Shown here piece after piece: positions 53,464 to 63,285 of a stretch of 64,000 nucleotides of DNA (position 1 is the stretch's first letter; each line of letters starts with the position of its first letter). The position numbers and the translations under genes are program-made. The notes beneath the pieces are model-generated. The model was not told the origin of the DNA and ran no database searches. It worked only from the letters and a program-made list of their open reading frames with translations. This DNA comes from Candidatus Undinarchaeota archaeon. GTDB lineage: Archaea; SpSt-1190; JASMDC01. The DNA lies in the NCBI GenBank assembly GCA_964519305.1, contig CAZFHY010000001.1, forward strand, positions 96,001-160,000, written 5' to 3'.

Positions 53464-54306
53464 CTATACTTTCACTCCGTTGGCGACGAGCCCCTGATAG
53501 ACCACGGACCAGACGTACTGGGCGTTCGGTGTGTATCCATCTGGAAGGAGCTGGGCACGGTCGAAGGTCACGTTCGTGCGCTTGATGTCCTTGCCGACGG
53601 CGGCCTTCAGGTAGTCGGTGATCCCCTTCTCCTGAAGGTTGATGGCCATGACACCGGCGAGCGGCCCTTGGGAAGGACGCAAGGTGAGGACTATCTCGTC
53701 GATCTCCTTGGTCAGCTCACCCGTCGGTGTGAACGTAACCGACACTAGCCCTTCCCGGGTGGAAGTGGGGCGCTTGGTGGTGAAACCATACTGCTCCAGC
53801 GACCGCATCAAGGCGATGATGTCGCGGGACGGTCCGACCTCGATCCGTTCAGCGTGCATGGCATCGCTCGACATGGAGATCTCCCCCTGGCCAACTACCT
53901 TCCATCGCTGCTCCTGGGAGCTCAGCTCTGCCGCTGACGGCACCTCGACCTCGAAAGGATAGCTCTGCTGGAAGCCTGGCCCGACCTGTAGGTTCATGGC
54001 AAGGACCTTCTGGTCCTCGACCTCTCTCTTGACTACCTTCCGGCGCCGACTCCTGTGATGGATGTCGGGACCGTCGTCATCGTCGTCATCGTACTCATGA
54101 ACGGTCTGGTGCTCGGTGACGTACTCATCCCACTCCTCTACGAGCATGACCTTGAGCGTGTTCACCGTCTGTTGCGTGTTCCCGCCGACGATTGTCAGCG
54201 TCCCCTGTATGGCGTCACCCTGCGCAAATCGAGTGTCGCCAAGCTGGACCCTTACATTTGCCCCTCCGACGCCCACTGTAGCGCCGATCTGTCCTAGGAT
54301 TCCCAT
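53464..54306 (-). CDS. SpoOM-family (arrestin-fold) protein
   Basis: IGATVGVGGANVRVQL...GDAIQGTLTIVGG..QQTV matches the SpoOM N-terminus. Confidence 0.7.
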   Translation of the reverse strand: MGILGQIGATVGVGGANVRVQLGDTRFAQGDAIQGTLTIVGGNTQQTVNTLKVMLVEEWDEYVTEHQTVHEYDDDDDDGPDIHHRSRRRKVVKREVEDQKVLAMNLQVGPGFQQSYPFEVEVPSAAELSSQEQRWKVVGQGEISMSSDAMHAERIEVGPSRDIIALMRSLEQYGFTTKRPTSTREGLVSVTFTPTGELTKEIDEIVLTLRPSQGPLAGVMAINLQEKGITDYLKAAVGKDIKRTNVTFDRAQLLPDGYTPNAQYVWSVVYQGLVANGVKV

Positions 54307-54402
54307 TCCCGTCCCGGAGAACTTCAACATACAACGATAAAAAGATACTTGGGAGGCGACCCCCGGACAACACATAAAACTCTAGGTGGACCATAACGCC
54401 CC

Positions 54403-55506
54403 ATGGCTGAACGCTCGTATCTCCCTGTCGATGTCGTAGAACGGTTCATGACGGATGTCTTCATCGCCCTTGGCGTTCCAGAAGAGGACGCCCAGGTCTC
54501 GACCGACGTCCTCATCTCCAGCGACCTGCGGGGCATAGAATCCCATGGAGTTGGACGACTGAAGTACTACTACGACCGGATCGTCTCGGGCAGGCATCTG
54601 GCGACCACCGATTTCGATATCGTTAAGGAGACCGAGACCACCGCACTGATCGACGGGCACCACGGTATGGGTCACCCTATCGCCAAGCGCGCCATGCGCA
54701 TGGCCATGGACAAAGCGAAGCAGTACGGTACTGGAGCGGTGTCGGTACGCAACGGCACCCATTTCGGGATCGCCGGGTACTATCCGCTCATGGCGGCCGC
54801 CGAGGGCATGGTGGGCTTCTGTTTCACCAACGCAAGACCATCCATCCCACCCACGTTCGGTACCGAGCCCATGATGGGTACGAACCCAATAGCGTTCGCC
54901 GCCCCCTCTGACCAGGACTTCCCCTTCTGCTTCGACGGAGCTACCGCAATCATACAGCGGGGTAAGGTGGAGTGCGCAGCTCGCGATGAGAAGCCTCTGC
55001 CCGATGGAACGATCGTCGATCCTAGTGGGGAGTGTCTCACGGACCCGGACGTCATCCTTCGCGAGATGGTCAAAGGCAACGCTGCTGCCCTGGCCATCGG
55101 TGGAGCCGGTGAAGAGCATGGGGGACACAAGGGCTACGGTCTCGCTGCCATGGTGGAGGTCATCTCGGCCTCGTTCTGCAACGGTGCGTTCCTCAAGGAC
55201 CTCTCCGGACTTGCCGAGGACGGTTCGCCCGCCCACTTCCGGCTGGGCCACTTCTTCCTGGCCATCGACGTGGAGCACTTCCTACCCCTGGAGGAGTTCG
55301 AGCGCACGACCGGCGCCATCATGCGCGCGCTCCAGTGTTCGCGCAAGGCACCGGGCCAGGACCGCATCTATGTGGCAGGGGAGAAGGAACGGGATAACGA
55401 GCAGCGCATCCGCAAGGAGGGCGTTCCGGCAAATCCCAACCTTCTCAAGGACCTCGCCACGGTGCGCGACGAGCTGAGTATCAAGGGGTACGAAGAGTAT
55501 TTCTAG
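54403..55506 (+). CDS. Ldh_2 family NAD(P)-dependent oxidoreductase (malate/L-lactate/sulfolactate dehydrogenase-like)
   Basis: DLRGIESHG, THFGIAG, GTNPIA, GHKGYGL. Confidence 0.9.
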   Translation: MAERSYLPVDVVERFMTDVFIALGVPEEDAQVSTDVLISSDLRGIESHGVGRLKYYYDRIVSGRHLATTDFDIVKETETTALIDGHHGMGHPIAKRAMRMAMDKAKQYGTGAVSVRNGTHFGIAGYYPLMAAAEGMVGFCFTNARPSIPPTFGTEPMMGTNPIAFAAPSDQDFPFCFDGATAIIQRGKVECAARDEKPLPDGTIVDPSGECLTDPDVILREMVKGNAAALAIGGAGEEHGGHKGYGLAAMVEVISASFCNGAFLKDLSGLAEDGSPAHFRLGHFFLAIDVEHFLPLEEFERTTGAIMRALQCSRKAPGQDRIYVAGEKERDNEQRIRKEGVPANPNLLKDLATVRDELSIKGYEEYF

Positions 55507-56165
55507 GCACGCTTTGCGTCCACCTTGATGGTAAGGAGGTCTCCCAGAGAGGCCTCTAGAACGTCGCCGTCGACCACTGGCCCGACGCCCTCGGGTGTAC
55601 CGGTGAGGATCACGTCACCCCGTTCCAGCGTCATGATGTCAGAGACGAAGGAGATTATGTGCGCTACCGAATGGACCATGTAGCGTGTGTTCGAGCTTTG
55701 ACGCACCTGGCCGTTCACACGCAGCTCGAGATTTAGGTCGTGCGGATCGGGAACAGCGTCCCGAGGGATTACAGGACTGAGGGGCGCGAAGGTGTCGAAT
55801 CCCTTGGCGATGGACCAGGGTAGGCCCTTCTTCTTCGCCTCGGCCTGTACGTCGCGGGCGGTGAGGTCCAGTCCGAGCAGGTACCCGAGCACGTGGTCCC
55901 GGGCAGTTTCTTCAGTGACATGACTGCACGTGTCGCCGATCACTATTCCGAGTTCGACCTCGTGATGCACATCCATGGAACGTGGGGGCAGCACCACCGT
56001 TCCACCGTCCGGGATTATTGCGGAGGCGGGCTTGAGGAAGAGCACCGGGTCTGGCGGGAGCTCTGCATGCATCTCCTCGGCATGCTTGCGGTACGTGCGC
56101 GCCAGGCACACGAGCTTCCCGCACCGGATCCGCTCACCGGTGTCCTTCATAATGAGCTCGGCCAT
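55503..56165 (-). CDS. Fumarylacetoacetate hydrolase family protein
   Basis: FLKP, HHEVEL, DLTARD, KGFDTF, GDVILTGTPEGVG. Confidence 0.92.
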   Translation of the reverse strand: MAELIMKDTGERIRCGKLVCLARTYRKHAEEMHAELPPDPVLFLKPASAIIPDGGTVVLPPRSMDVHHEVELGIVIGDTCSHVTEETARDHVLGYLLGLDLTARDVQAEAKKKGLPWSIAKGFDTFAPLSPVIPRDAVPDPHDLNLELRVNGQVRQSSNTRYMVHSVAHIISFVSDIMTLERGDVILTGTPEGVGPVVDGDVLEASLGDLLTIKVDAKRA

Positions 56166-56215
56166 GGAATTGCTTAGGACCCGGACAGCTTATAACGGTT
56201 GCCCCGGGGAGGAGT

Positions 56216-57292
56216 TCAGCGCGCGATGCTCCATGTGGAAAGGGCACCGGGATCCTCGACCTTCTCGAACGCATCTGCGATCTCGATGTCACGTGAGTGC
56301 TTCTCGCCGATATAGGCGTTCACACGGTTAGCGAACTCCTTGTCCTTCTCGAAGTCGTTCTGGAACTCCTCGATGGTCGAGTAGCTTGTTCCGAGATCCT
56401 TGTTCACCCAGCCCCGGATCATGTCGATGACCTCTGGTGTCTCCCTCTCATCTGTGATGGTAGAGCTGTACGAGTCTATAGCGCTTAGACGAACAGGCTC
56501 TCCCTTATCGTTCGTGAGCACGTGGGTCGTGCCCACTTGTCCATAGGCGAGGGCATCAATCTTTCCTATTGGGGTTTCCACCGCCATCTTGACAAGATCG
56601 TAGTGACTGTTAGGATTGTACAAGTTCTCAGATGCATGCAAAGGTCGGACCTGGCGATCGGTGATGAAGGTCACCCATGCTTCGGCCTCACCCGCAGTAT
56701 CTTTTGACGGGGGGACGTAGAGAGCGAACGGCTGCTGGTAGTTGTGTGAGACGCGGTTGATATAGACTACATTGCCGGGTCCTTTCCCCTTGACCATGAC
56801 GATGGGGTCCTGTGTCGCTCTGTGCTCGTCCGTGGTCAGCTTGATGTCGAACAGGTCCTCGTACTTTGAAAAGCTCTTCTCTGAGAACTTGTCGACCATT
56901 TGTGCTGGATTCCTGTTCGATCCGTATCCGACGAAGGGGAGGAGGTTGTCTACTCCCTTCTCGCTTAGGTAGTGACGGAGCGTCATCTCTTCGCTCTTTC
57001 CCGTGCGAGCATCCTCATAGAGGAGGGTACCGTTCAGCATACGTTCTACACCCTCCTTTTCCTTGTCCAGCTTGAGCTCGTAGACCATCGAGGTCTCAGG
57101 GTCCACCACGCATGCATCGTCGCTATACTTTGGTCCAGGGTACCAGCTGTGGTTGGGAGTGCCGTCCGGTGCATTGGTCTTGCGCAGTTCGGGATCGGCC
57201 CGGGGAGCAGTGAATGTCGAAAGGGAGACGTTGTGATATGTGTCGAGCTGGTAGGGTCCGACGTTGCCCTCCAAGCCTTCGCCTATCATCAC
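56216..57292 (-). CDS. Hypothetical protein with gamma-glutamylcyclotransferase-like motif
   Basis: FVGYGSNRNP; LHASE...Y; sequence looks less GC-rich than its neighbours. Confidence 0.55.
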   Translation of the reverse strand: MMIGEGLEGNVGPYQLDTYHNVSLSTFTAPRADPELRKTNAPDGTPNHSWYPGPKYSDDACVVDPETSMVYELKLDKEKEGVERMLNGTLLYEDARTGKSEEMTLRHYLSEKGVDNLLPFVGYGSNRNPAQMVDKFSEKSFSKYEDLFDIKLTTDEHRATQDPIVMVKGKGPGNVVYINRVSHNYQQPFALYVPPSKDTAGEAEAWVTFITDRQVRPLHASENLYNPNSHYDLVKMAVETPIGKIDALAYGQVGTTHVLTNDKGEPVRLSAIDSYSSTITDERETPEVIDMIRGWVNKDLGTSYSTIEEFQNDFEKDKEFANRVNAYIGEKHSRDIEIADAFEKVEDPGALSTWSIAR

Positions 57293-57314
57293 CCATAGTA
57301 TATGGTTCCCTGTC

Positions 57315-57344
57315 TATTTAAAGTTTACTACTTTTGAGTAGTAA
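57315..57344. promoter_or_regulatory. TATA box plus perfect inverted repeat (candidate operator)
   Basis: TATTTAAA (57315-57322) followed by TTACTACT-TTTG-AGTAGTAA (57325-57344). Confidence 0.55.
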
Positions 57345-57391
57345 CATGGTGAGTCGTGCATAGGATCCGCTATCACAAACCTTGAAATGCC

Positions 57392-57961
57392 TTGATGAAC
57401 CACCCACTCGACATCACCGCGAACGATATCCTGACAATCCTGGCGGGTCTTGGCCCCCATCCACTAGTCACTATCAGCCTTGCTGTCGGGGCCATCGCCG
57501 CGCTCCTCACCTATCGCTCAAAAGGAAGCGCGCGGGACGCGGTTATCGTTTTCATGGTGGCGACGATCGCCGCCGTCACCCCCTTGCATCCCCTCATCAT
57601 CCTCGTTCTAGCAGCGGTCTGGACGAACCGATGGCTCTATGAACGGACCGATGACAACGGCCTCGCTCTCGTCCTATCGTTCCCCGTGGGCATCGCCGTG
57701 TTCGCCGTCCTGGTAAGGTTCATGCTCATATGGGGTTTCGTCGCCCTGTATCAACCACAATCCGCATCCGAGACCACCCAGACGGGGGCGCTCATCGGCC
57801 TGATGTTCTTTCTGGCGCCCCTCTATATCATATCCACTGTCATCGGCCTCGCCGGATTCGTATTCGTGAGCACGGGTATATCAGTACGACGATCGTGGTA
57901 TCACGCTGAGATGCTCGAGAAGGCACAGGATGGATCGGGCGATCCAGGGGACCAGGCTTAA
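57392..57961 (+). CDS. Hypothetical membrane protein
   Basis: About 5 hydrophobic segments. Confidence 0.55.
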   Translation: MMNHPLDITANDILTILAGLGPHPLVTISLAVGAIAALLTYRSKGSARDAVIVFMVATIAAVTPLHPLIILVLAAVWTNRWLYERTDDNGLALVLSFPVGIAVFAVLVRFMLIWGFVALYQPQSASETTQTGALIGLMFFLAPLYIISTVIGLAGFVFVSTGISVRRSWYHAEMLEKAQDGSGDPGDQA

Positions 57962-57986
57962 AAAGGTGCTGCCTCCTCAAACGGTC

Positions 57987-58319
57987 ATGGCCGACGAGAA
58001 CCTCTCCGAGAAGGTTGCCTACTGTGGCCTCTACTGCGGCTCTTGCGGTTCCCACACACGGGGCAGGTGCCCCACATGCAAGAAGAGCGAGGGGAACGAC
58101 TGGTGCGATGTTCGTAAGTGCTGCATCGAGAAAGGATTTGCATCCTGCGCGGAGTGCACTGAGTTCGAGGACCTCAACGAGTGCCAGAACCTCAACAATA
58201 TCATGTCCAAGATCTTCGGCTTCCTCTTCCGCTCGGACCGTGTCGGCAGTCTCGAGATGATCCGCAAGGAAGGCATCGAGGACTACGCCAAGCGGAAGGA
58301 TGAAGCAGGGATGATGTAG
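57987..58319 (+). CDS. DUF3795-like Cys-rich protein
   Basis: AYCGLYCGSC, CPTC, WCDVRKCC, CAEC. Confidence 0.8.
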   Translation: MADENLSEKVAYCGLYCGSCGSHTRGRCPTCKKSEGNDWCDVRKCCIEKGFASCAECTEFEDLNECQNLNNIMSKIFGFLFRSDRVGSLEMIRKEGIEDYAKRKDEAGMM

Positions 58320-58335
58320 CCCCTCTTGTGAGAGC

Positions 58336-59151
58336 ATGGTCACCTTGGAGAATCCACCCTGTATGTCGGCCGTCCTATTCCCCAGTCACGGCCATCGTAT
58401 CATCGGGTCCATCCTGATGGCCGAGGGCGCTGGCCCTCACCCAACGCTCGTTCTGCTCCACGGGCTCCCCGGATATGAACGCAACGGGGATCTGGCGCAC
58501 GAGGTACGACGGGCCGGATGGAACGTGCTCGTGTTCTCATATCGTGGCTCATGGGGGTGTGAGGGCTCGTTCTCCATCGCCAACTGCATAGAGGACGTGG
58601 ATTCTGCGCTGACGTTCCTGCGTGGCCCAAAGGCCTGCGACCTTCGGGTGGACCGCGAGCGTCTCGTGCTGGCCGGGGCCAGCCTCGGAGGATTCGTCGC
58701 GCTCCATGCTGCCGCCAGGGATCCAGCGATCATCGGTGTCGCGTCCATCGCAGGGTATGACTTCGGGGCGGTCGCGCTGACGCGGGCAGACGATCCCAAA
58801 GCGCGGGATGAAGCTGTGACATCGCTTGGGGAAGCGAGCCTGGCACCACTTACAGGGACATCAGCTGCGGCGATAGTGGATGAGGTGGCATGCCGAGCGA
58901 TGGACTGGCAGCTGTCCCGCACGGTCCCGGCGCTGAAGGACCGGCATGTTTTCCTTTTAGGAGGGAGCAGAGACACAGTAGCTCCACCAGACGTCCATCT
59001 ACGAAACCTCGTGGGAGAGTTCGAGCGAGCGGGAGCTCGCCACATGTCCCATGTCGTGCTCGAAGGTGATCATAATTTCTCAGAGGTCCGGACTGATCTC
59101 GCACATCAACTGATCGCTTGGCTCAGTGAGGTCCGCACGGCCGAGCAATAG
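58336..59151 (+). CDS. Alpha/beta hydrolase
   Basis: LLHGLPG, YRGSWG, GASLGG nucleophile elbow, D and DHNF. Confidence 0.85.
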   Translation: MVTLENPPCMSAVLFPSHGHRIIGSILMAEGAGPHPTLVLLHGLPGYERNGDLAHEVRRAGWNVLVFSYRGSWGCEGSFSIANCIEDVDSALTFLRGPKACDLRVDRERLVLAGASLGGFVALHAAARDPAIIGVASIAGYDFGAVALTRADDPKARDEAVTSLGEASLAPLTGTSAAAIVDEVACRAMDWQLSRTVPALKDRHVFLLGGSRDTVAPPDVHLRNLVGEFERAGARHMSHVVLEGDHNFSEVRTDLAHQLIAWLSEVRTAEQ

Positions 59152-59183
59152 TGTTTTAAAACCTGTCGTCCGCACCATCTCCG

Positions 59184-60749
59184 GTGGCAACCAAGGACGA
59201 GATAGTGGTCGTACTCGACTTCGGCGGGCAGTACTGTCATCTCATCGCCCGACGACTCCGTGAGCTCGGGGTCTACTCGTTCATCCTCCCATACACCGTG
59301 AAGGTCAAACGGCTCAAGGAGCTCCCCATCAAGGGGATTGTGCTCTCAGGCGGACCCTCATCGGTGTACGAGAAGGGTGCGCCCAAGCTCCCCAAGGCGG
59401 TCCTTTCGTACGCCTTGGAAGAAGGTATCCCCATGCTCGGTATCTGCTATGGCCATCAGCTCTTGGCCAAGATGCTCGGTGGGACAGTCAAACCCGGTAA
59501 GGAACGAGAGTACGGACGGGCCATGTTCTACCCGAGGCGATGTACGGGACTCTTCGAAGGGCTATGGGAGGAGGAGACCGTGTGGATGTCCCACGGCGAC
59601 CTTGTGGAGGAGCCGCCGGAAGGGTACGAGGTGCTCGGTACCACTAACACATGTCCGGTAGCCGCATTTGGGAGCGAGGACACCCATGTCTACGGTATCC
59701 AGTTCCACCCAGAGGTCGCTCATACGCCTTGCGGGCGCAAGGTCCTCGGAAACTTCCTGGACATCACGGGAGCGGCGCGTACCTGGTCGATGGCACCGTT
59801 CGTTGAAGAGACGGTAGCACGCATCAAGGAGGAGGTCGGTAAGGAGCGTGTGCTCCTGGGCCTTAGCGGGGGTGTGGACTCATCCGTCGTTGCAGCGCTC
59901 CTACACAAAGCAGTGGGGAACTCACTCCACTGTGTGTTCGTTGACAACGGGCTCCTGCGGGACAACGACCGGCCGTTCGTCGAGGAGGTATTCTCCAAGA
60001 ACGTGCCCGTCAAGAACCTCCATATCGTCGATGCGACGGACCGCTTCCTGAACGCGCTCAAGGGCGTCACCGATCCGGAGGAGAAACGACACATCATCGG
60101 CCACACCTTCATCGACGTGTTCGAGGAGAAGGCCAAGAGCCTGGACAAGGAAGCAGGCCACATCGAGTTCCTGGCCCAGGGCACGATCTACCCTGACCGG
60201 GTGGAGAGCGCGTCCACCTCCAAGCACTCGGCCAAGATAAAGTCCCACCACAACGTGGCCCTCCCCGAAGGGATGCGGTTCTCCCTCATCGAGCCACTGG
60301 CCGAGCTCTACAAGGACGAGGTCCGTGCCATCGGTGCCACGCTCGATCTCCCTCGTGAGCTGGTGGACCGTCAGCCGTTCCCCGGCCCTGGCCTGGCAGT
60401 ACGTTGCCTGGGCGAGATCACCCGGGAGCGCCTCGATACCCTCCGCCTCGCCGACCGCATCGTACGCGAAGATGTCGCTGCCGCGGGGATAACCAAGGAG
60501 TTGTGGCAGTACTTTCCGGCGCTCCTGCCCGTGCGCACGGTAGGCGTAATGGGCGACGCACGCACCTACAACGAGGCCATCGCAATCAGGTGCGTCCAGA
60601 GCATCGATGCCATGACGGCCAACGTCTATCCTTTCGACTGGGATGTCCTGCGTGCCATGGCCGCACGTATAGTTAACGAGGTCAAAGGGGTCAACCGCGT
60701 GTTCTACGACATCACGGACAAGCCCCCGGCCACAATCGAGATGGAGTAG
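59184..60749 (+). CDS. guaA: GMP synthase, fused glutaminase plus synthetase
   Basis: LDFGGQY, GICYGHQ, QFHPEV, SGGVDS, KSHHN, PFPGPGL, KPPATIE. Confidence 0.97.
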   Translation: MATKDEIVVVLDFGGQYCHLIARRLRELGVYSFILPYTVKVKRLKELPIKGIVLSGGPSSVYEKGAPKLPKAVLSYALEEGIPMLGICYGHQLLAKMLGGTVKPGKEREYGRAMFYPRRCTGLFEGLWEEETVWMSHGDLVEEPPEGYEVLGTTNTCPVAAFGSEDTHVYGIQFHPEVAHTPCGRKVLGNFLDITGAARTWSMAPFVEETVARIKEEVGKERVLLGLSGGVDSSVVAALLHKAVGNSLHCVFVDNGLLRDNDRPFVEEVFSKNVPVKNLHIVDATDRFLNALKGVTDPEEKRHIIGHTFIDVFEEKAKSLDKEAGHIEFLAQGTIYPDRVESASTSKHSAKIKSHHNVALPEGMRFSLIEPLAELYKDEVRAIGATLDLPRELVDRQPFPGPGLAVRCLGEITRERLDTLRLADRIVREDVAAAGITKELWQYFPALLPVRTVGVMGDARTYNEAIAIRCVQSIDAMTANVYPFDWDVLRAMAARIVNEVKGVNRVFYDITDKPPATIEME

Positions 60750-60794
60750 CTGCTGGCCGCGCGTTTTTTAAAGATTGCACGGCAGCCCCCGGTC

Positions 60795-62462
60795 GTGGCC
60801 CGGACCCTCATCATCCGCAACGCCTGCGTGTACGACCCGCTGGCAGGGACCGATGGTGAGGTCATGGACCTATGTTGTCGCGACGGCCGGATGGTCGATG
60901 ACGTCAAAGAACGCGATGCCTTGGAGCTGGACGCGGGAGGGCGCGTCACCATGGCCGGCGGAGTGGACATCCATTCACATATCGCTGGTTCGAAGGTCAA
61001 CCGGGCCAGGTGTCTGCGCCCCGAGGATTCATCACATCAAGTACGTAATCACGATCCTGTCGCCGGTATAGGGGCAGGTTCGGGCCTCACGGTCCCGTCC
61101 ACACGGCTCACCGGGGCCCTGTACGCCGAGATGGGGTACACCACCGTCATCGAGCCCGCCATGGCCCCGCTCAAGGGCCGCCACACTCATGAGGAGCTGG
61201 CCGACACACCCTTGTTGGATACCGGGGCACTGGTGCTGGCGGGGAATCACCACCGGTTGCTCGAATACATCAGAGATGGACACGAGGAGCTCGTGGCACC
61301 CTGGTGCGCCTGGCTAATCCACGCCACGCGGGCTCTCGGGCTAAAAGTGGTCAACCCGGCCGGGAACGCCGCCTGGGAGTGGGCCAAGAACGTCAACGCT
61401 CTCGACGAGCCGACACCCCACTTCGGCGTCACCGCTGCAGAGGTCCTGACGAACCTTCAGAACGCGGTCGCCGTTCTCAAGCTGCCCCACCCCATTCACG
61501 TCCACCTCAACAACCTTGGGATCCCCGGGAACGCGGACATCACCATAGAGTCCCTACGTCTCCTGGGTAAGAACGGACAGGCACATGTAACGCATCTCCA
61601 GTTCCACACCTATGGCGGTGGATCATGGAAGGACTTCTCCTCTAGGGCAGAGGAGGTTGCCGGTGAGCTCTCACAGCATCCCGGGCTCACAACCGATATC
61701 GGACAGGTCATGTTCGGCGACACCACCACGCTCACCGCCGACGGCCCCGCCGAATGGCACCTTGGTCGTATCAACCGCCTCAAGTGGGTGAACACCGATG
61801 TAGAGAGGGAGACGGGTGGCGGCATCGTCCCCTACGTCTATCGTCCGACCAGTGGTGTGAACGCTATCCAGTGGGCGGCCGGCCTCGAACTCGCCCTGCT
61901 CATCGACGATCCTTGGCGCGTGTTCCTCACAACCGATGCTCCCAACGGCTGCCCGTTCGCTCGATACCCAGATATCATGACGCTGCTGGCGAGCCAGAAG
62001 GCACGGGAGCGGGCCCTGGACGACGTCCATGAGCGTGCATCCTCGGCCACCACTCTCCCCTCCCTCGATCGTGAGTACTCGCTGTCAGAGCTGGCAATCA
62101 TGACCCGGGCCGGCACAGCAAAGCGTCTCGGTCTGGGTACCAAGGGCGGCCTCAGCCCCGGAATGGACGCGGACATCGCTGTGTACGACTTCCTGCCCGA
62201 TGACGTTAATGACCCGAAAAAGCTCCGTCAGGGACTCGGCCGAGCCTTCCTCACTGTCAAGAGTGGCGAGGTCGTTGTGCGGGACGGACGTGTCGTGACG
62301 ACGGTCCCAGGGTCCACGCTATTCACTCGTCCGAAGTACGACGATGAGGCCGTCCGCGAGGACCGTGTCGCCTTCTTCAAAGACCACAGCACCATCACCG
62401 AGGCAAACTATACGGTACAGGAAGACTATCTGCCCCATCCCCGGGAGGTGCCCTGTTGCTGA
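60795..62462 (+). CDS. fwdA: Formylmethanofuran dehydrogenase subunit A (amidohydrolase)
   Basis: GVDIHSHIAG.KVN, MGYTT, HTHEE, KVVNP, HLNNLG.PGN, HLQFH, TADGP, QWAAGLEL, TTDAPN. Confidence 0.92.
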   Translation: MARTLIIRNACVYDPLAGTDGEVMDLCCRDGRMVDDVKERDALELDAGGRVTMAGGVDIHSHIAGSKVNRARCLRPEDSSHQVRNHDPVAGIGAGSGLTVPSTRLTGALYAEMGYTTVIEPAMAPLKGRHTHEELADTPLLDTGALVLAGNHHRLLEYIRDGHEELVAPWCAWLIHATRALGLKVVNPAGNAAWEWAKNVNALDEPTPHFGVTAAEVLTNLQNAVAVLKLPHPIHVHLNNLGIPGNADITIESLRLLGKNGQAHVTHLQFHTYGGGSWKDFSSRAEEVAGELSQHPGLTTDIGQVMFGDTTTLTADGPAEWHLGRINRLKWVNTDVERETGGGIVPYVYRPTSGVNAIQWAAGLELALLIDDPWRVFLTTDAPNGCPFARYPDIMTLLASQKARERALDDVHERASSATTLPSLDREYSLSELAIMTRAGTAKRLGLGTKGGLSPGMDADIAVYDFLPDDVNDPKKLRQGLGRAFLTVKSGEVVVRDGRVVTTVPGSTLFTRPKYDDEAVREDRVAFFKDHSTITEANYTVQEDYLPHPREVPCC

Positions 62463-63247
62463 CCGTGCGCGAGCTAGTTCTAAGGCCAATCGACCAACCC
62501 GCCGTCGGGCTCGAGGCAGAGAGCATCTGCCCCAACACCTTCGCGGGAAAGACGAGTGACCGCATCTCAGAGCTCCCCATCTGGCGGGGCAACCGCAAGG
62601 TCGCGCTCGGCGACCACTTCGAAGTGGAAGGACGTGCAGGCTCCATCGCGGGACGCACACGCATCATCATCGAGGGCGACGTGGCACGGACCAAGCGCAT
62701 CGGTCAGGGGATGACCGGCGGCGAGTTGGTGATCAAGGGTGCCGCGGGAATGCATACTGGCAGCGGTATGTCGGGCGGGCGTCTGGAAGTGGAAGGTGAC
62801 TGCGGCGACTGGGCAGGTATGGCCATGACGGGCGGCGACCTGGTGGTCCGAGGTTCGGTAGGGCACCATCTTGGCGCAGCTCTACCCGGCGACTGGACGG
62901 GCATGACCGGAGGCCGCATCGAGGTCGCTGGTGACTGCGGTGTCGAGGCTGGCGCATGGATGACCGGTGGTACGCTCATAATCAGAGGAACGGCCGGGCC
63001 ATTCCTCGGCGTCCATATGCAGAACGGGGAGATACTGGCCGGCGCCTGTCCCCGCCGTGTCGGTGGCGAGATGCGGGGCGGACTGATCGTCGTCCTCGGG
63101 CCCGTTCACGTGCTCCCATCCTTCGTATCCGACGGCAACATAGATGACGTCGATATCGCTGGAGAACGGCTCTCGGGCCCTTTCGCACGGTACTTGGGTG
63201 ACGTTGCAGAGAAGGGCAAGGGGACGCTGGTCGTGCGCGAGGGGTAG
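62456..63247 (+). CDS. fwdC: Formylmethanofuran dehydrogenase subunit C
   Basis: LEAESICP; GXGXG beta-helix repeats G..MTGG.I.I.G. Confidence 0.9.
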   Translation: MLTVRELVLRPIDQPAVGLEAESICPNTFAGKTSDRISELPIWRGNRKVALGDHFEVEGRAGSIAGRTRIIIEGDVARTKRIGQGMTGGELVIKGAAGMHTGSGMSGGRLEVEGDCGDWAGMAMTGGDLVVRGSVGHHLGAALPGDWTGMTGGRIEVAGDCGVEAGAWMTGGTLIIRGTAGPFLGVHMQNGEILAGACPRRVGGEMRGGLIVVLGPVHVLPSFVSDGNIDDVDIAGERLSGPFARYLGDVAEKGKGTLVVREG

Positions 63248-63285
63248 GCTTCTTATAGTTTGTCCCCCCTGCCGGGACCATGGGC

